Source of the DNA: Eledone cirrhosa
Lineage: Eukaryota
NCBI GenBank assembly: GCA_964016885.1
Contig: OZ024740.1
Coordinates: 253,394,001 to 253,458,000 of the forward strand
Reading direction: 5' to 3'
Length of the DNA: 64,000 nt
Position numbers and translations under genes: made by a program. Shown in pieces: positions 27,151 through 41,310 of the stretch. The notes beneath the pieces are model-generated. The model was not told the DNA's origin, searched no databases, and saw nothing but the letters and a program-made list of their open reading frames with translations. How positions within the stretch are numbered: position 1 is the first letter of the stretch; the number at the start of each line of letters is the position of its first letter.

Positions 27151-30100
27151 TGAAAAAGACACACAACCTTCTGATTATTCACTACAAACGATGTCTCTAG
27201 CACACGACGATTGATCTACGGCAGAAATGGCAGTTCCGGCGGCGTTTACATTAAGGATACCACCATTCTGGGTGCACGATCCAACAACCGGATCGTTAGG
27301 GAGGCATCCCGTCTCACACATGTCATTGGTTCGATGTCTCCGGAGATTATCAATGAGGTTCGAGACCTCGTTTTAGCACCACCCGGCTCTGTGTCATATG
27401 ACACATTTAAAACGACGTTAATTAAGAGGATGTCGGAGTCGCAGCAGAAGCGCTTGCACCAGCTCCTCATATCAGAGGAATTAGGAGATAAAAAGCCGAC
27501 GCAACTCCTACAGCGAATGAAGCAGCTCCTGGGTGAACATAAACTCCCGGATGAAATTTTCAAGCAACTCTTCCTCCAGCGGTTGCCTTCTGCCACACAA
27601 GTTGTCTTAGCGTCCACCAGGGAGTCCACCACCATTGAAGAACTCGCCGAGCTGGCAGATAAGATCCTGGAGGTACCACATCCGCACTCAACTTTAGCTA
27701 ATGTGACGCCAGCCGTGCCTTCCACCAATCCTTTCCTTCAGCCCTCCAGTGCCACAGAGATGCCAGATCTAGACCAGTTACTGGCACAGCAAGCAACACA
27801 GATACAGGGCTTGACGCAACAAATTCAGGCCTTGTCACTGGGTAACCCTGCCATGCGTCGGTCTAAAAGTTGAAATCGACGATTCGGTAGTCGCTCAAAA
27901 AGTCCGAGCGCATCCCGTGATTCACCAGAAATGTGTTGGTACCACCAAAAGTTCGGAAGACGGGCGCGCAAGTGCAGCCATCCCTGTTCATTTGTGTCGA
28001 TGTCGAATAAGGGAAACGACACAGCCAGAAAACTGAATGCGACGGGATTTTCTGGCCCTCATAATCAAAATCGCCTGTTTTTCATTCAGGATCGCGTCAC
28101 GGGGACGCGTTTCCTGGTCGACACTGGTGCTGAAGTCAGCATTATCCCGGTTTCCTGCGTTCCTGGAAAAAGGAAAGAAACACCAGCCTGGTTCCAAGCG
28201 GTGAATCATTCACATATTCCGACCTACTGAGAACAGTCCGTAACACTAAATTTGGGACTACGCCGCACTTTCGTTGTGGCTAAGCTGTCAACCCCTATTT
28301 TAGGAGCTTATTTTCTTCAGCACTTCTCACTGCTAGTGGATCTGAAAAACTAACGACTCGTTGACAACTCCACTGGTCTCGCTCTGCGCGGCATAGCCGC
28401 TCGGACAGCCACAGTCAGTCCAGTCATTTCACGATCGGCAACAACAACCCGGCACAACCATATAATCAACAAATACCCAGACGTAGCCCGACCACTATTC
28501 AACGCTTGCCCTGTAAAACATGACGTCATCCACCACATAAAAACACACGGCCCACGTGTCGCTGCATGACCGTCTGAAGTCCGTCAGACAAGAATTTCAG
28601 CACATGCTGGATCTCGGCATCATACGTCCGTCCAGCAGCAACTGGTCCTCACCCATACATTGTGTACCCAAGAAGTCGTCGAACGACTGGCGAATCTGTG
28701 CCTGACTCTTATCCAGTGCCTCATCTACAGGACTTCTCTAGTTCGCTGCATGGAACTCGCATATTTTCGAAGATCGAGCTTATAATCAAATCCCTGTAGA
28801 AGCCGCAGATATTCCGAAGACCGCCGTCACAACACCCTTTGGAATGTTCGAATTCCTGCGTATGCCTTTCGGTTTGCGTAATGAAGCGCAGACATTCCAA
28901 CGATTCGTCGATACAGTCACCAGAGGTCTACCATTTGTATACGCATACATCGACGACTTACTGGTGGCCAGCGGCTCCGATGAAGAACATGAGAGGCACC
29001 TGCACCTGCCATTCGCACGTTTGCGTGAATACGGAATTGTTATCATCCCAAGCAAATGTGAGTTCGGAGTTGCGTCCCTTTATTTTCTGGGACACAACAT
29101 TGATGAAGATGGCATTCGCCCACTTAAAGAGAAAGTCAAATCCATCGTGGATTTTCCACCGCCCACATCTCTCCGCAAACTGAGAGAATTTCTTGGCCTG
29201 GTTAACTTCTACAGAAGATTTATACCCCACTGTGCAGAGACAGCCCAACCGCTCACAGATTTGCTGCGGCAGCGTACAACCAAAAACGTGAGCATCAATC
29301 TCAGCGAAAAGAATGTACCGCTTTCGCTGAGTTAAAGGAAATGTTGTCCGCGGCTACAATGCTGAGTTACCCCAAACCTGACGCCCCAATGTGTTTATTG
29401 ACTGATGCATCCGATTTAGGAGTTGGAGGTGTGCTTCACCAACTCTCTGGCGATATTTGGCGACCTGTATCTTTTTTCTCTAAGCGATTAAAACCCGCCG
29501 AAACAGCACATTAAGTCGTGAATTATTAGCAGCATACCTTGCTGTCAAGCATTTTCGACACATGCTAGAAGGTCGTGTGTTCTCCATATACACCGACCAC
29601 AAACTACTAGTGTACGCGTTCAACGCCAAGCCTGATCGCCACTCACCCAGGGAGGTCCGACATCTGGACTTCATTTCTCAGTACACTACTGATATTCGGT
29701 ACATTAAGGGTGCCACCAACTCAGCAGCTGATGCTCTGTCGCGCATGGAGCTTAACGCAATCCACACCACTGCCACTATCGATCTCCAGAAGATTGCTGC
29801 GGATCAACAGGATTACGAGGAACTGCTACAGCTACGGAAATCAGTCTTGAAATTGCAGGAATGCCCGCTGCCCTCTTCTTCAGGTTATATTTGGTGCGAT
29901 ATCTTCACAGGCCACGAGCGCCCATACGTGCCCCGGAAACATCGACACGACATTTTTTCGGCACTGCATTCTCCGGCACATCCTGGCGTCCGTGCCACGC
30001 AGAAACTGATGGTTGCCCGCTTTGTGTGGCCCAACATCAACAAGGACACTCGCGAATGGGCTAGGAACTGTATCGCGGCGAAAATTCACCGGCACATCAA

Positions 30101-31836
30101 AGCTCCGATTGGTTCTTTCGCAACACCTGATGCACGGTTCCAACATGTGCATATAGACATCGTTGGACCTTTGCCTCCTTCTCACAACTACACTCATCTT
30201 CTCACCTGTGTCGACCGATTCTCTCGCTGGCCAGAAGTTTTTCCCCTGACGGATATTACCGCAGAAACTGTCTAGTCTTTCACTGGGTTTCGCGTTTCGG
30301 CACACCCGCGACTATCACTACGGATAGAGGACGTCAGTTCGATTCACACCTCTTTACCGAGCTGACTCGTCTCCTGGGGTGTAAACACATCCGTACAACG
30401 GCGTATCACCCAGCAAGGTAGAACGTTTCCACCGTCAGCTAAAAGCAGCCATCAAGGCTTACGCAGACTCCACTAACTCGTTCGAATACCTCCCACCCAT
30501 TCTTCTCGGTATTCGTTCCACTGTTAAGGAGGGAGTCGGACATTCTCCGGCTGAAATGGTTTATGGCACCGTACTTGCTCTACCCGGGCAAATGATCGCT
30601 CCTGTTTCGCCACAAGAACTTCCAGACCCAACAAAATATGTGCACCGTTTACGGTCATCGATGTCGCATCTGTCTCCTTCAGCACTAAACAACAGCATGT
30701 TACTTCACACATACCAAAAGACATGTTTTCGTTAGAAATGGCGGTATTCCATCGCAACTTCGTCCGCCGTATTCCGGGCCCTATAAGGTGATACAGAAAC
30801 GCCCTAAGTATTTCGTCCTCCACTTGAACGGGAAACGAAATACCGTCTCCATTGATCGTTTAAAAAAAGCGTTCATAGAACAGGATTTGCCACCAGTACC
30901 CACCGTTTCTCCAGCTGACTCACCAACAACTTTGCCCGGCACAAACACGATAAATTCTGCACAACCCCGACACACCAAATCTGGAAGAACAGTTCGATGG
31001 CCCACAGATACGTACAAGTTTATCAGGTAAGCACACATTATGCATCTGGTCGACATTTCGGCTAATTTGTACATTTCAACGAATCGGCCAATTTCTGTGG
31101 TCATGAACTATTGCTACACACAAATCAATTTACCCTGTGCATCACACACACCAAAATAACAGACAAAAGAACATTTTTCCATTTCTGTGAAATGAAACTT
31201 TTCGTATGAATATTTTCAATTTTATGTAACATCACAGTACATTTTCCTGCATGTAAATTTGTTTTGCTTTGTATGTTTTCTTTCATTTCGCCTGTTTGTA
31301 AATGACTTTCATGTATTTTATTTTTTACTGATTTTCTCCAACATCACACCTAATCATACCTATCTTAATTTCACATACACCTACATCGTTCGATCTTTAG
31401 CTTTCTCACTGGAAGGGGGGGGGGTACTATAACGGAATACTCCTACATATCCCCGGCGAAGATTCGAAACCGAATCTGAGCTTTCCCGTCTCTGGGACAA
31501 GCCGTGGTTAGTTGTTTACGCCCGACAGACCAACCCGTTGGTCAGAGGTTGTTTACGCCTGGCAGAAAATAGGTCAGATGACATATCCATCCTTCTAAGT
31601 TGTTTACACCCGGCAGACTAACCCCTTGGGAGATGCTAACCACAGGTCAGATGATATATCCATCCTTCTAACAATTATATTATAATCGTATTCTGTGATA
31701 CTTGTATTTACGTGGCTCGAAGAGCCACCAAATTATTGTACGAATATTTCATGTTATAGATTTTATCATTCAATATTCAAATTGAATATTGTTATAATAA
31801 AATAAACATTGCGACAACACAATCCTGGTATTATTC

Positions 31837-32255
31837 TTTAGGATATTAGTATCAGTGTATATATATTATCAAGAATGACAATAAATGCAGGTGAGTGTTG
31901 TGACATGGTTTTACTTCACAGAAGTCAAATAAATTAATATAAATAATTGTTACCACATGTTGATGTTCAGTTGGCCACAACTCCCAGACTGGAGTGTGTA
32001 GAGAAAAACAGAAACTTCTCTTGGTAAGGTTCAAGTGTTTCTTTAGGCTGCCGGCGCAGGAAGTGAGACAGGAGTCATCTCTTGACAAGGTCTGATGTGT
32101 TCTTCTTGTTGCGGCGAAGGAAGTGAGAGAGGAGTCATCTCTTGACAAAGTCTGAGGTGTTCTTCTTGTTGCGGCGAAGGAAGTTATGCCTTGATTGTCC
32201 TCAAATATATAGTCCCCAGGGGGGGGGGGGCGCAACTCCGTAAGGGGCCGCTACA
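31837..32255. mobile_element. Probable solo LTR nested in the Gypsy 3' LTR
   Basis: 419-bp insert absent from the 5' LTR; ends T(T)TAG..CTACA; ATTC 4-bp TSD; internal 60-bp tandem duplication. Confidence 0.7.
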
Positions 32256-32571
32256 ATTCTTTACATTGAAACCATCATACCAACAATTCCATCTATTCAC
32301 TTATCCGTTACAAAGGTTTGTTTTTTGCTTTTGAATAAATGTCATTGTCCCGTTACTAGGTAAAAAAAATTTAATAGATGAGAATTGATTATCCAAATAT
32401 ATAAAGAGGCCCTGGCACACTCCATTTTAACAGGAAGTAAACGTCATTTAATGATATTTTTCTTTCTAATGTAGCCTAGATTAATTTAAGTCAACCCCAG
32501 AATTAACTTCAACCTAACGTATATTTTTCTAGATAAGTTTGACATTGTACAACCCTCTCATAAGATATAAC

Positions 32572-32667
32572 TGTTTCTACTTTTTGGCACAAGGCCAGCA
32601 AATACCCAGTACATTACTGGTACTTTATTTTATCGACCCCGTAAGGATGAAAGGCAAAGTTAACCTC
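32572..32667 (-). mobile_element. 5'-truncated SINE with TSD
   Basis: Same family as 52939-53122; ctcataagatataac is duplicated at 32557-32571 and 32665-32679. Confidence 0.8.
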
Positions 32668-33239
32668 ATAAGATATAACGCCAATGGGATAACATGGCAT
32701 ATGTAGCTTAATGCCTATGTACATATCTTCATTGATTTGCAGCCGTCGGCGGAGAGTATTAGTTCATCAGCCTGGAACATGTGACCCTTGCAGAGAAGCG
32801 CTGTTCAGACTTGTAGTGACCTACATTATGATGGCTCTTGAATACATTCTCCGTGCGTTGTTTGGCTCAGTTCAGCCAATAGCTATCAGCATAGGAGAAT
32901 GTATTTCAACTTCCGCCGAAAGGGAAAAATTTCCGCTTCTCTTCGAAAATCTCTCTCTTTGAATCTCGGCACCGGAAGGTAAACAACTCTTGATTTTGCT
33001 CCTCAAATATTCTAAAATGTAACTACTGGAATTCTTCGCGCCGTGGCCTCTAACTTCAGCCACCGGTCTGCGTATTCTTTTACAGCATCTTAATTTGTTT
33101 TGTTTCATTTCTTATGACACATCTAACTCAACTTCTCATCTTTGTAAATAAATTATATATCAAAAAACATCGTAATGCTTTATGATGATATTTGCCACAA
33201 CATTCCTTTTAACTGCTTCAACGGTGACTTCTCCCCACA

Positions 33240-36200
33240 AAATTAAAAAATGACCAGTTTTTTCTCTGGCAAACACGATGAGTCAGCATTTTTAAAAGCT
33301 GCTGAAAGGAATAAAGGGGATGACACAGCAGTTTTAGTAGCTGCCAATAAAGCTGTTGACAACTGTCCTCTCAACGACGACAAATGCAACAACAATAATG
33401 ACGACAACAACAACCAAAACATAACTACAGACTTTGAAGGCTTTCCTACTCAATTCAGCAGCACCACCACTTACGCAGCCAACGACAACGATGGCAACAA
33501 CAACATTGCTACCAAAGGAAAAAGTAAATACAGTGTAGCAGCAAAGACAGCCACAAACAACAGCAGCAAAGAAACAGCAGCAAAGTACAACTAGCAGTGC
33601 CGGGGAAGATAATTGCCAATGTACAGAAATGTATAATTATCTATAAATGTGCAGATCTTCATAGCAAACGCCGGGAGCAACCTTCTATGCAGGTAGCACA
33701 ACATATCTTAAGTGAGATAGGGAGAAAAAAACCTTTGTCTTGAGAGGGAGAGAGTATGGGACGTTAGAAACGAAATTCACATCGGAAATCAAAGCGAAGG
33801 CACACTTTATCAACCCTTGAAAGAGTAAGAATGTCCTGCTGATCCCAACATACATGGGCAAATATGTAACAAAAGTTACAATAAAAAATGTTCCACCCGA
33901 GATAAAAAAAAAATCCCTTGGCTAGTAGCAGCCATCTTGGAGGACGAAGAGGATATTGAAAATGTCCTCCAAATTCAAACATCATGCCAGGAGAGCTGGC
34001 GCAGTTTTGGGCTGGAGCTTCTGCTCCAAATGAATCAGGAAAAGCTAAGAAAGATTCCTGATATCATCGAGTTGCCAAATGGCACACAACTGTTCATAGC
34101 TGTGGAAGGGTGGTAGCCTCGATGTCATATCTGCAGTGCAAACACTCATCTAAGGGTTTTCTGCCCTAATCAAGGAATAAAAGAACGTAAATCTGCACTA
34201 TTACCAACACCCAACCTGCAGCAACAACAGCTAAAACATGTAGAACGACAGCAAGGAAAAAAGGCAGGAACAACACTAATAGCAACAAACACGAAGCTGC
34301 AATACCACCAACATCAACAACCATGCATCTACCCGACGTCACACAATTGAATACAAAAATTCTGATGAAGATGAGGAGTGGAAAACCGTCTTTCGCAATA
34401 AAGAGAAAAAAACTGTCTGACTTCACCCTCTAAAAATGAAGGAAAAAAAGCTAAAGCAACTATTACCAACACCTACACCAACGTCACCAGCACCACCATT
34501 AACACCGCAGACACGAAAAACATCCCAAACGCAACAAAAGAAAATTGGTGAATACCAAAAGACACTCTCCAGAAGGATATACAGAGACATATTTGCAAAC
34601 GAACCCATATCTGATGAGGGAGACGGAATAACCGTCTTTTCCCCAAAAGACTAAGGTAGGTTGCCTTCCCCACTTTTTCTTCATCCAACATGGCTTCATT
34701 CAAGATAGGCAGTGTAAATGCACGTGGCCTAGGGCTGTCTTGGAAGCAGGAGGATCACTTGCTCAACGACCTCGAGTCACTAAACATAGATGTGGTGGCC
34801 ATCAGCGAGACCAGAATTTCCAACGCATGAACTTTTGCACCCATCATCAGCGGCTACGAGTTGTATGCATCTCCAAGTCATCCTGAATCTGGGGTGGAGT
34901 CGCTGTGCTATTTCGGAAAGGCCTAGATCTTGCAATATGGACCACCTTCCTTGATCCAGAAGGTAAGTTGGTGGTGTTGGATGTGAGTAGCAGTGAAGCT
35001 ATGCTTTCAGGTTAGTGACTGTCTATGCCCCGACAGGGGCGGGTTGGCTTAATTTCTTCAGACGCCTTGAGACCTTTCTAGGAACGTCCCACTCTTTAGT
35101 GTTAGTGGGGGACTGGAACTATACCTTGGATGCATGCTGGAACTGTGTGGGACTAACAGATTGGGAAGGAGAGTGTAAAAGCCTCGCAAACCTGCTCAGA
35201 TACTTCCAACTGTCTGATAGGTACTAACTGGATTTCCCGAATGAGTCAATTTGGACATGGACAAACTGAATATTTAGATAGCATATTCTGTAAGGAAATA
35301 GATAAGTCTAGTATAAGTTGTCCACAATTCAAAGTAATCGATTACATAGACCACAAATTTGTATTCTGTGTGTTCAATCTAGATAGACTTCATAAACAGA
35401 GAGCTGGGTACTGGAAGCTAAATGCGTCATTGCCAGCGCGCGAAGACAACATCAGTATACTAGTTAGGCAAGCGTTGACAGGAGCAATCCTCAACAACAA
35501 ATGGTGGTTCGCCCACATAAGGGCTATTAGAGCAGAATTGATATGGTTTAGTAAGGCTGAAACGATAGAGAAAACTAGAGTAGAGGGAGACCTAATTCGA
35601 AAATTAGAGGAGGTACTTGCTAAAGGCATCACAGCCAACGTGCTCGTGGCGAGATTGGCCCTGGACCAATTCTTCAATGCTAAGAACAAAGGTTGCATTG
35701 TCAGAGGAAAAGCGAGTGATCTTAGACACGAGGGGACAAGAGCCATTCAATGGTCCCGAGTGGCAACAAAGCCACAATCCGATCTTTGGTGGACCATGAC
35801 GGGCGCATGGTACTTGATCTCAAGCAGATGTATGAGGTCTTTTAGCAACACTTCGCTCAAATTTTCAGGAGCAGTGGTGGGTCGGATTTCAGAGCCTACT
35901 TCGATGGCTTAACATGGCTCTCGGCAAGGGAGGCGGAGTATTGCAAAAAACCGATAACAGTGCAAGCTGGACGAGGAGCAAATCGCCTGGCTTAGATGGT
36001 CTACCCTACGATCTTTACACAAACATGCCAGACTTATTCAGTGACATCTTAGCAGATGTCTACGCCAACTGGCAGCAGAACGGGAGAATTCCCAGTTCTG
36101 TGAGTCGAGGAGTGATAGCACTGCTGAGAAAAGACCTGAACAGGGGAGACCATATAGACAATTTCAGGCCCATAACTCTTCTAAACGCAGAGTTTTAAAT

Positions 36201-38160
36201 TTTGGCCAAAGCAACGAGGTTGCTGCTTGTCATTTGGTAGGGGAGGCGCAAACATGTACTATTCTGGACAGATCCATCCATGACAAACTCCACTTCATGC
36301 GATATATATTAGAGAGGATGGCTAAGGAACCTGGCACAGGTGAGGCTCTGATCAAATTATATCAATCAAAGGCCTTTGATAGAGTCCACCATCTTTACCT
36401 TGCGGCTGTCCTCAAAGCAGAAGGCTTTGGACCCATTTTCAGAGGCTGGATCGCTGCAATGCACAGCGTCATCTTCTCTGTGGTTAGAGTGAACGGTCAC
36501 CTTTTGGAACCATTCAACATCATGCTCTCGATCCACCAAGGTTGTCCCCTCTCATCCCTTCTCTACGTGTTGACTCTCGAGCTACACAAATTGGAGACAT
36601 TGAGGGCTTCCTGCACGAACTAGGATGTGGGAGATCCATGTCAGCATACGCCAACGATGGCACCATAGAGGTGTCGAACACAAAACACACTGAAATGATC
36701 GGCACCACCCTCAGGGAGTACGAAGCAGTAACAGGAGAAAAAATCAACCAAGAAAAGTTGGTGGGCCTGCAGCTCGGCACCTGGAGAGGCAAGTCCATGC
36801 TGTCCAACAGCGTTGTCGAGCACTGCTAAACGGGCTGATTAAATTACTCGGAGTCTGGTTTGGACGGGACCTCCAGATGGACAAAAACTGGAACGAAGTA
36901 ATGTTCAAGGTGGCTTCTCTCATCCAGAAATGGGCCGAGAGGAAACAATCCTTGAATTGAAGGCAGAGGTGGTGAACACATACATCGCGTTTGTCATCTA
37001 CTACCGCCTGACTGTCGCGCCTTGTTCTAAGCCTCGCCTGACTGCACTGGAGCGTTTGCTCTTTTGCTTTTTGTGAAAAGGACATGTTCGATGGTCAGGT
37101 GGTCCATCTGCTGTCAACACTCACTATGTGGCAGGCTGGGCATGCTGTAGCTGATGATGTGCAGACATGCGCTGAGGCTACAGCATCTCCATCTCTTCCA
37201 TGGCGGAGAACAGGTGTGGTCGGTGTATGCTAGAAATGCTTTTCCCCAGCTCGTCTCCTTGAGCTGCAGTCAAGTGAAGACCGAGAGAAAGCGTTTGGAG
37301 ACTGGAATGTCTTCAGACGCTCACAGCCCTCGACCGATCGGGCGATGCGATCAGTGGAAACTCCACCTTGGTGTTCTATAGAGGATTAGTGGATGGAAAG
37401 AGCGATGATATCCTTGGGGAGACTCTGGGTGTTGACGAAAATCAACCAGCCAATCTAATTGGGAGAACTTTCAAGCCGGGGCCTGCGGAAACTTCCAGAA
37501 ATCCACTGGCTTGGCAGTGCTACCGGAGAGCATTGCCAGTTCGGGATAAACTCTACAGGCATGGATGTGCCATCAATCGGGCTTCTCCAAGGTGTGCGCA
37601 GGGCGAAGAAACCGTTCTGCATGCACTAGTTAAGTGTCCGAGTATTGCTGACCTGTGGGTTTATGTCGAGCACCTGCTGTCACAGAGGAACGACAGGCAG
37701 TTTTTAGGTCGTGTGGTGGACACCTTTAAAAGGATTGAAGACAGCCATCTTCGTCTTTGACGAAGCCCTGATTAACTTTTTCAGATTTCGCTTGAAGAAA
37801 ATGCGGGTGGAGAGGGAAGTGCTGCTTTCCAGCCAGTTTGTTGAAAGGTGGGTGAGAGGGGCGAGCATGGTCCGTGGGAATGGGCCTGCCTTGAGCATAC
37901 GCCTGTAGATTGGAGTAGAAAAACCGGGAGATGGCACTTTTCCCTAGCGGACAGGGTTACCGTGGCTTTTGTGGGATTTCTACGCAAGTGACCCTTAGAG
38001 TATCCTCAACTTTGGGAAGTTGTTGTTTGTTTGAAATATTTGTTTCTTAGTCTCTTTTATAAATTACACAAAGAAAAATCCGCACTGTATCGTCCTGTAC
38101 CGTCTGCAATGTTTCCTTAATGTGAGCCCTGTGTGGTTAATAAAGAAATTATTATTATTT
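33240..38160 (+). mobile_element. L1/Tx1-clade LINE, near full-length, degenerate
   Basis: ORF1 remnant with knuckle CHICSANTHLRVFC (~34122); ORF2 from 34690 MASFKIGSVNARGL, VGDWN, YIDH, YWKLN, KSPGLDG, FRPITLLN, SKAFDRV, QGCPLS; aataaa plus (att)n tail. Confidence 0.88.
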
Positions 38161-38891
38161 TTGTTTATTTCTCTCCTAATTTTGGCCAGACGATATTTTC
38201 ATAGTTTTATACATATGCACCCCTTTAAATACAGTCACCGCTGAATGACCTGTCTGATAGGCGACCAATAGAGTAGAGACATTTGTGTCGGCACTTGACT
38301 GTACCTACCCATCCCAAGAACATCTAGCAGCATGTGGGGCTCCCTTTTCACACTACAACAGTTTTTTTACAGGAAGTCCCCCGGGTCGAATTTTCATTTT
38401 TCAATTTCCTATTCTCTTTTCCCTATCTTCCATAAGTTTGGGTTCAATGTAACCCTTTTATGTATTTCTGTCGAAGTTGCTTGGTGAGACCATCCTGTCT
38501 TGCATCATAATTGAATGATAGAGCTGGGCCATCGAAATATGTATAGTGATTACACACAATTAAAATGTTAAAGCATATGTTATTCTATATATAAGTTTAT
38601 CCCAGGTTCAATCGGGGGTAACCACAGTAAGTAAGGTACTCAATACATAGCAGAGTATAAATATTTAATATAGAAATAGCTTCTACAGGACTAGAACTGT
38701 TTCATATATTAAATATATATACTGTATATATTATAATTGAATATAAAAGAAAAACGAACAGAGATATATACATATATGTGTTCAAATCGTAAGGGACCAG
38801 ATTCGCTAAGGGGAAAAGAATACTAACTATAGACTCAATTTAAAAATAAATCAAGAAAATAAATACAAACCGGAATTGTGGTAACTACCAA

Positions 38892-38971
38892 TCACCCAGA
38901 CAGCTTTGGTAATGCTGTTTCGCAAAATTAATTGTGAAGAGGAATACCAATTCTTGCTCATCAGTGGGCGA
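38892..38971 (-). ncRNA. Canonical type I hammerhead ribozyme
   Basis: Minus strand: tcgccca-CTGATGA-gcaagaatt..aattttgc-GAAAC-agc-attaccaaa-gct-GTC-tgggtga; all three stems pair. Confidence 0.85.
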
Positions 38972-39099
38972 AGAATTAGTATCCTGGACACTACTAAGTA
39001 TATTAAAAAACTAAATAGTGTGCGTATATATAATAACGCATATGGTATCTGAACTTAGCGTGTCTCACAAACTCACACCACTAAAAATAGCAGCCAGGT

Positions 39100-39187
39100 T
39101 TACTCGACATTTGAATTAGCTCAACAAATTATACCTTTGATATATTCGGCTCCGTTAATTTGTTGAGCTAATTCAAATGTCGAGTAA
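39100..39187. repeat. Perfect 32-bp inverted repeat with 24-nt spacer
   Basis: ttactcgacatttgaattagctcaacaaatta / taatttgttgagctaattcaaatgtcgagtaa. Confidence 0.9.
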
Positions 39188-39921
39188 TTTATTTTCTTAT
39201 TTTATTTATGGTTTTTAAAATAGTCTTTACATGTTGTTTGAATTTCAGAGGTTCAGATTGAGCAAAAAAAAAAAAAGAAAGAAAAGGATAAATAAAAAAA
39301 ATCTAAATGTATTTTATTGGTCATGCCCTTTTCACTGACAACGTACCTAATGATTCTTCTATGAGTAAAGCATTATATATGCTGACTGTAATAGGGAGCA
39401 GTATTCAAAAAATCACCACTGGAAAAAACTAATATTTTTATCTAGATAAAAGGTTCTCAACGGGAGGCATATGCCCCCGAGGGGCGTTTCGGAGATCCGG
39501 GAGGGCATTTTGAAACAAGGGGGCGTTAGGGGGCGTTTGAAGCTGGGGAGGGGGGCGCTGGAAGCTCTTTAGTTTGGTAAGTTTTATAAGTCATATTTGT
39601 ACGTCTCTTAGACAGCCAGTGTGAATGCATTTGAATGAAGAAAACGAAGAAATTAAATAAAAGAAGCTTGACACGAATTTCCTAGGAAGATAAAAGAAAA
39701 ACAAAACAAATCAAAGAAAATGAACATAAGAATGTCAACTTTGACAACAGTTACAAGAACAACTTCAACAGAAATGACAACAAAAAGCAATGGTGATGAA
39801 CATACACACACATACATATGTACATACATGATGGCTGCCCCCCTCGTTATCGAGTATGGCCATTGCACGAGGAGAGAAAAAAAATTAATAAATAAATTTT
39901 AAAAAAAATAAAAATAAAAAA

Positions 39922-39970
<49 letters not shown>

Positions 39971-40132
39971 CACACACACACATATATACATACACACATA
40001 TACATTAATAACAATAATAATAATAATAATAATAACAACAATAATAATAACGACAACAACAATAATAATATACATATATATACATACACGCACACACATA
40101 AACATATCTATACACACACACACACACACACG

Positions 40133-41310
40133 ATAGCAACTAACAGCGCTGCGATCGAATGTGGCTTTTTAGCCCAGCCAATGATCTAAAATGTCTTGCA
40201 CAGAGTCGGCAACCAAAACATTCACTGGGAATAGTCGGCTGTGTTTGGAGTTCGTGTACTTTTGCATGTCGCTTGAGCCCTCCTGCTGATTTACATTCTC
40301 TACCACATGTTTGGCAAGCATGATGAGTAGCATCTCCAACAGCAGCCTGGTAGTCAACCACTGGTCTTACTTTATGACTGCGAAGATGACTTTCGAGTCC
40401 AGCTTTGCTTAGACAGAGTCTCGCACAGACGCTGCATGTCAGCACCATAGGAGGACCCTCGCCGTCTGGAAGTGCAACAGCAATGCCCTTCCTCACATCC
40501 CGCTTTACTTTCTCGTATGCGATTCGAGATGCCTCAAAGGCAACTTTTCCCTCATATACAGTCTTTCTCCATTTATTACGATCAGCAGCAATATTTTCCC
40601 ATGTATCAGCAGAGATGTTAGCGTCTTTCAGAGAGGCTTTCAAGGAATCCTTATACCTCTTTTTTGGTTTATGTGGCGGTCGTTTTCCTTTAACCAACAC
40701 TCCATAAAAGAGTTGTTTTGGTATTCTAGAATCCTTCATCCTGGCAAGGTGACCACTCCAACGGAGTCGTTGCTTAAGCACAAGAGCTTCTATACTGTCA
40801 CACATAGAGCTTTCCAAAATCTCGACATCACTGATGTGGTCCCTCCAGTGAACGCCATGGATCCGTCTGAGACACATCTGATGGAAACGCTCCAATTGCT
40901 TAAGGAGGTGTCGATGTGACCCAGGTCTCGGAGGCATAAAGAAGACAAGAGAGCACACATGCCCTGTACACCTTTACCTTTGTCCTCCTGCATATGTCTC
41001 GCCGACCCCAGAGTCGCCTTTCTAGCTTTCCGAAAGCATCACTTGCTTTCCTAATCCTAAGTGAGATTTCATTGTCAAGGTTGCTGTATCGATTGACAGT
41101 GCTTCCCAGGTAGACAAACTGATCAACCACTCCAAGTCGTTTACCATACACATAGATATTTGGTTCAGTGTACTGCTTACAAGGGGCAGGTTGGTACATG
41201 ATGACGGTTTTCTTGAGACTGACAGTCAATCCTAGGGCAGTGCAAGCGTCAGAAAATGCATTCAAAATGTGCTGCATATCACTCTCTGTGTGCGCTACAA
41301 GATCGCAATG
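40133..41310 (-). mobile_element. RTE-clade LINE 3' fragment with C2H2 zinc-finger tail
   Basis: [37 protein letters not shown], then three CxxC..H fingers; (TG)n tail. Confidence 0.88.

Larger units (their letters stand above)
26499..32312 (+). mobile_element. Gypsy/Ty3 LTR retrotransposon, full-length but degenerate
   Basis: LTRs 26499-27119 and 31428-32312 (TATAACGG..CCGTTACA); AAGG TSD; PBS TGGTGACCCCG at 27140; PPT 31411-31424; gag (LGDKKPTQLL, CWYH), protease FLVDTGA, RT RMPFGL/YIDD, RNase H TDAS, integrase HPG/HIDIVGP. Confidence 0.93.

Noticed and set aside
38500-38555. Hammerhead-like motif (..TGAATGA..CGAAA tatgtata gtgat)
   Set aside because: The core is too degenerate to call.
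39440-39620. hAT-like terminal sequence (aaaggttctcaacggg)
   Set aside because: No matching second TIR or TSD was found.
40140-40958. 272-aa zinc-finger ORF as a host transcription factor
   Set aside because: It is contiguous with RTE RT C-terminal motifs and has a LINE-type tail.
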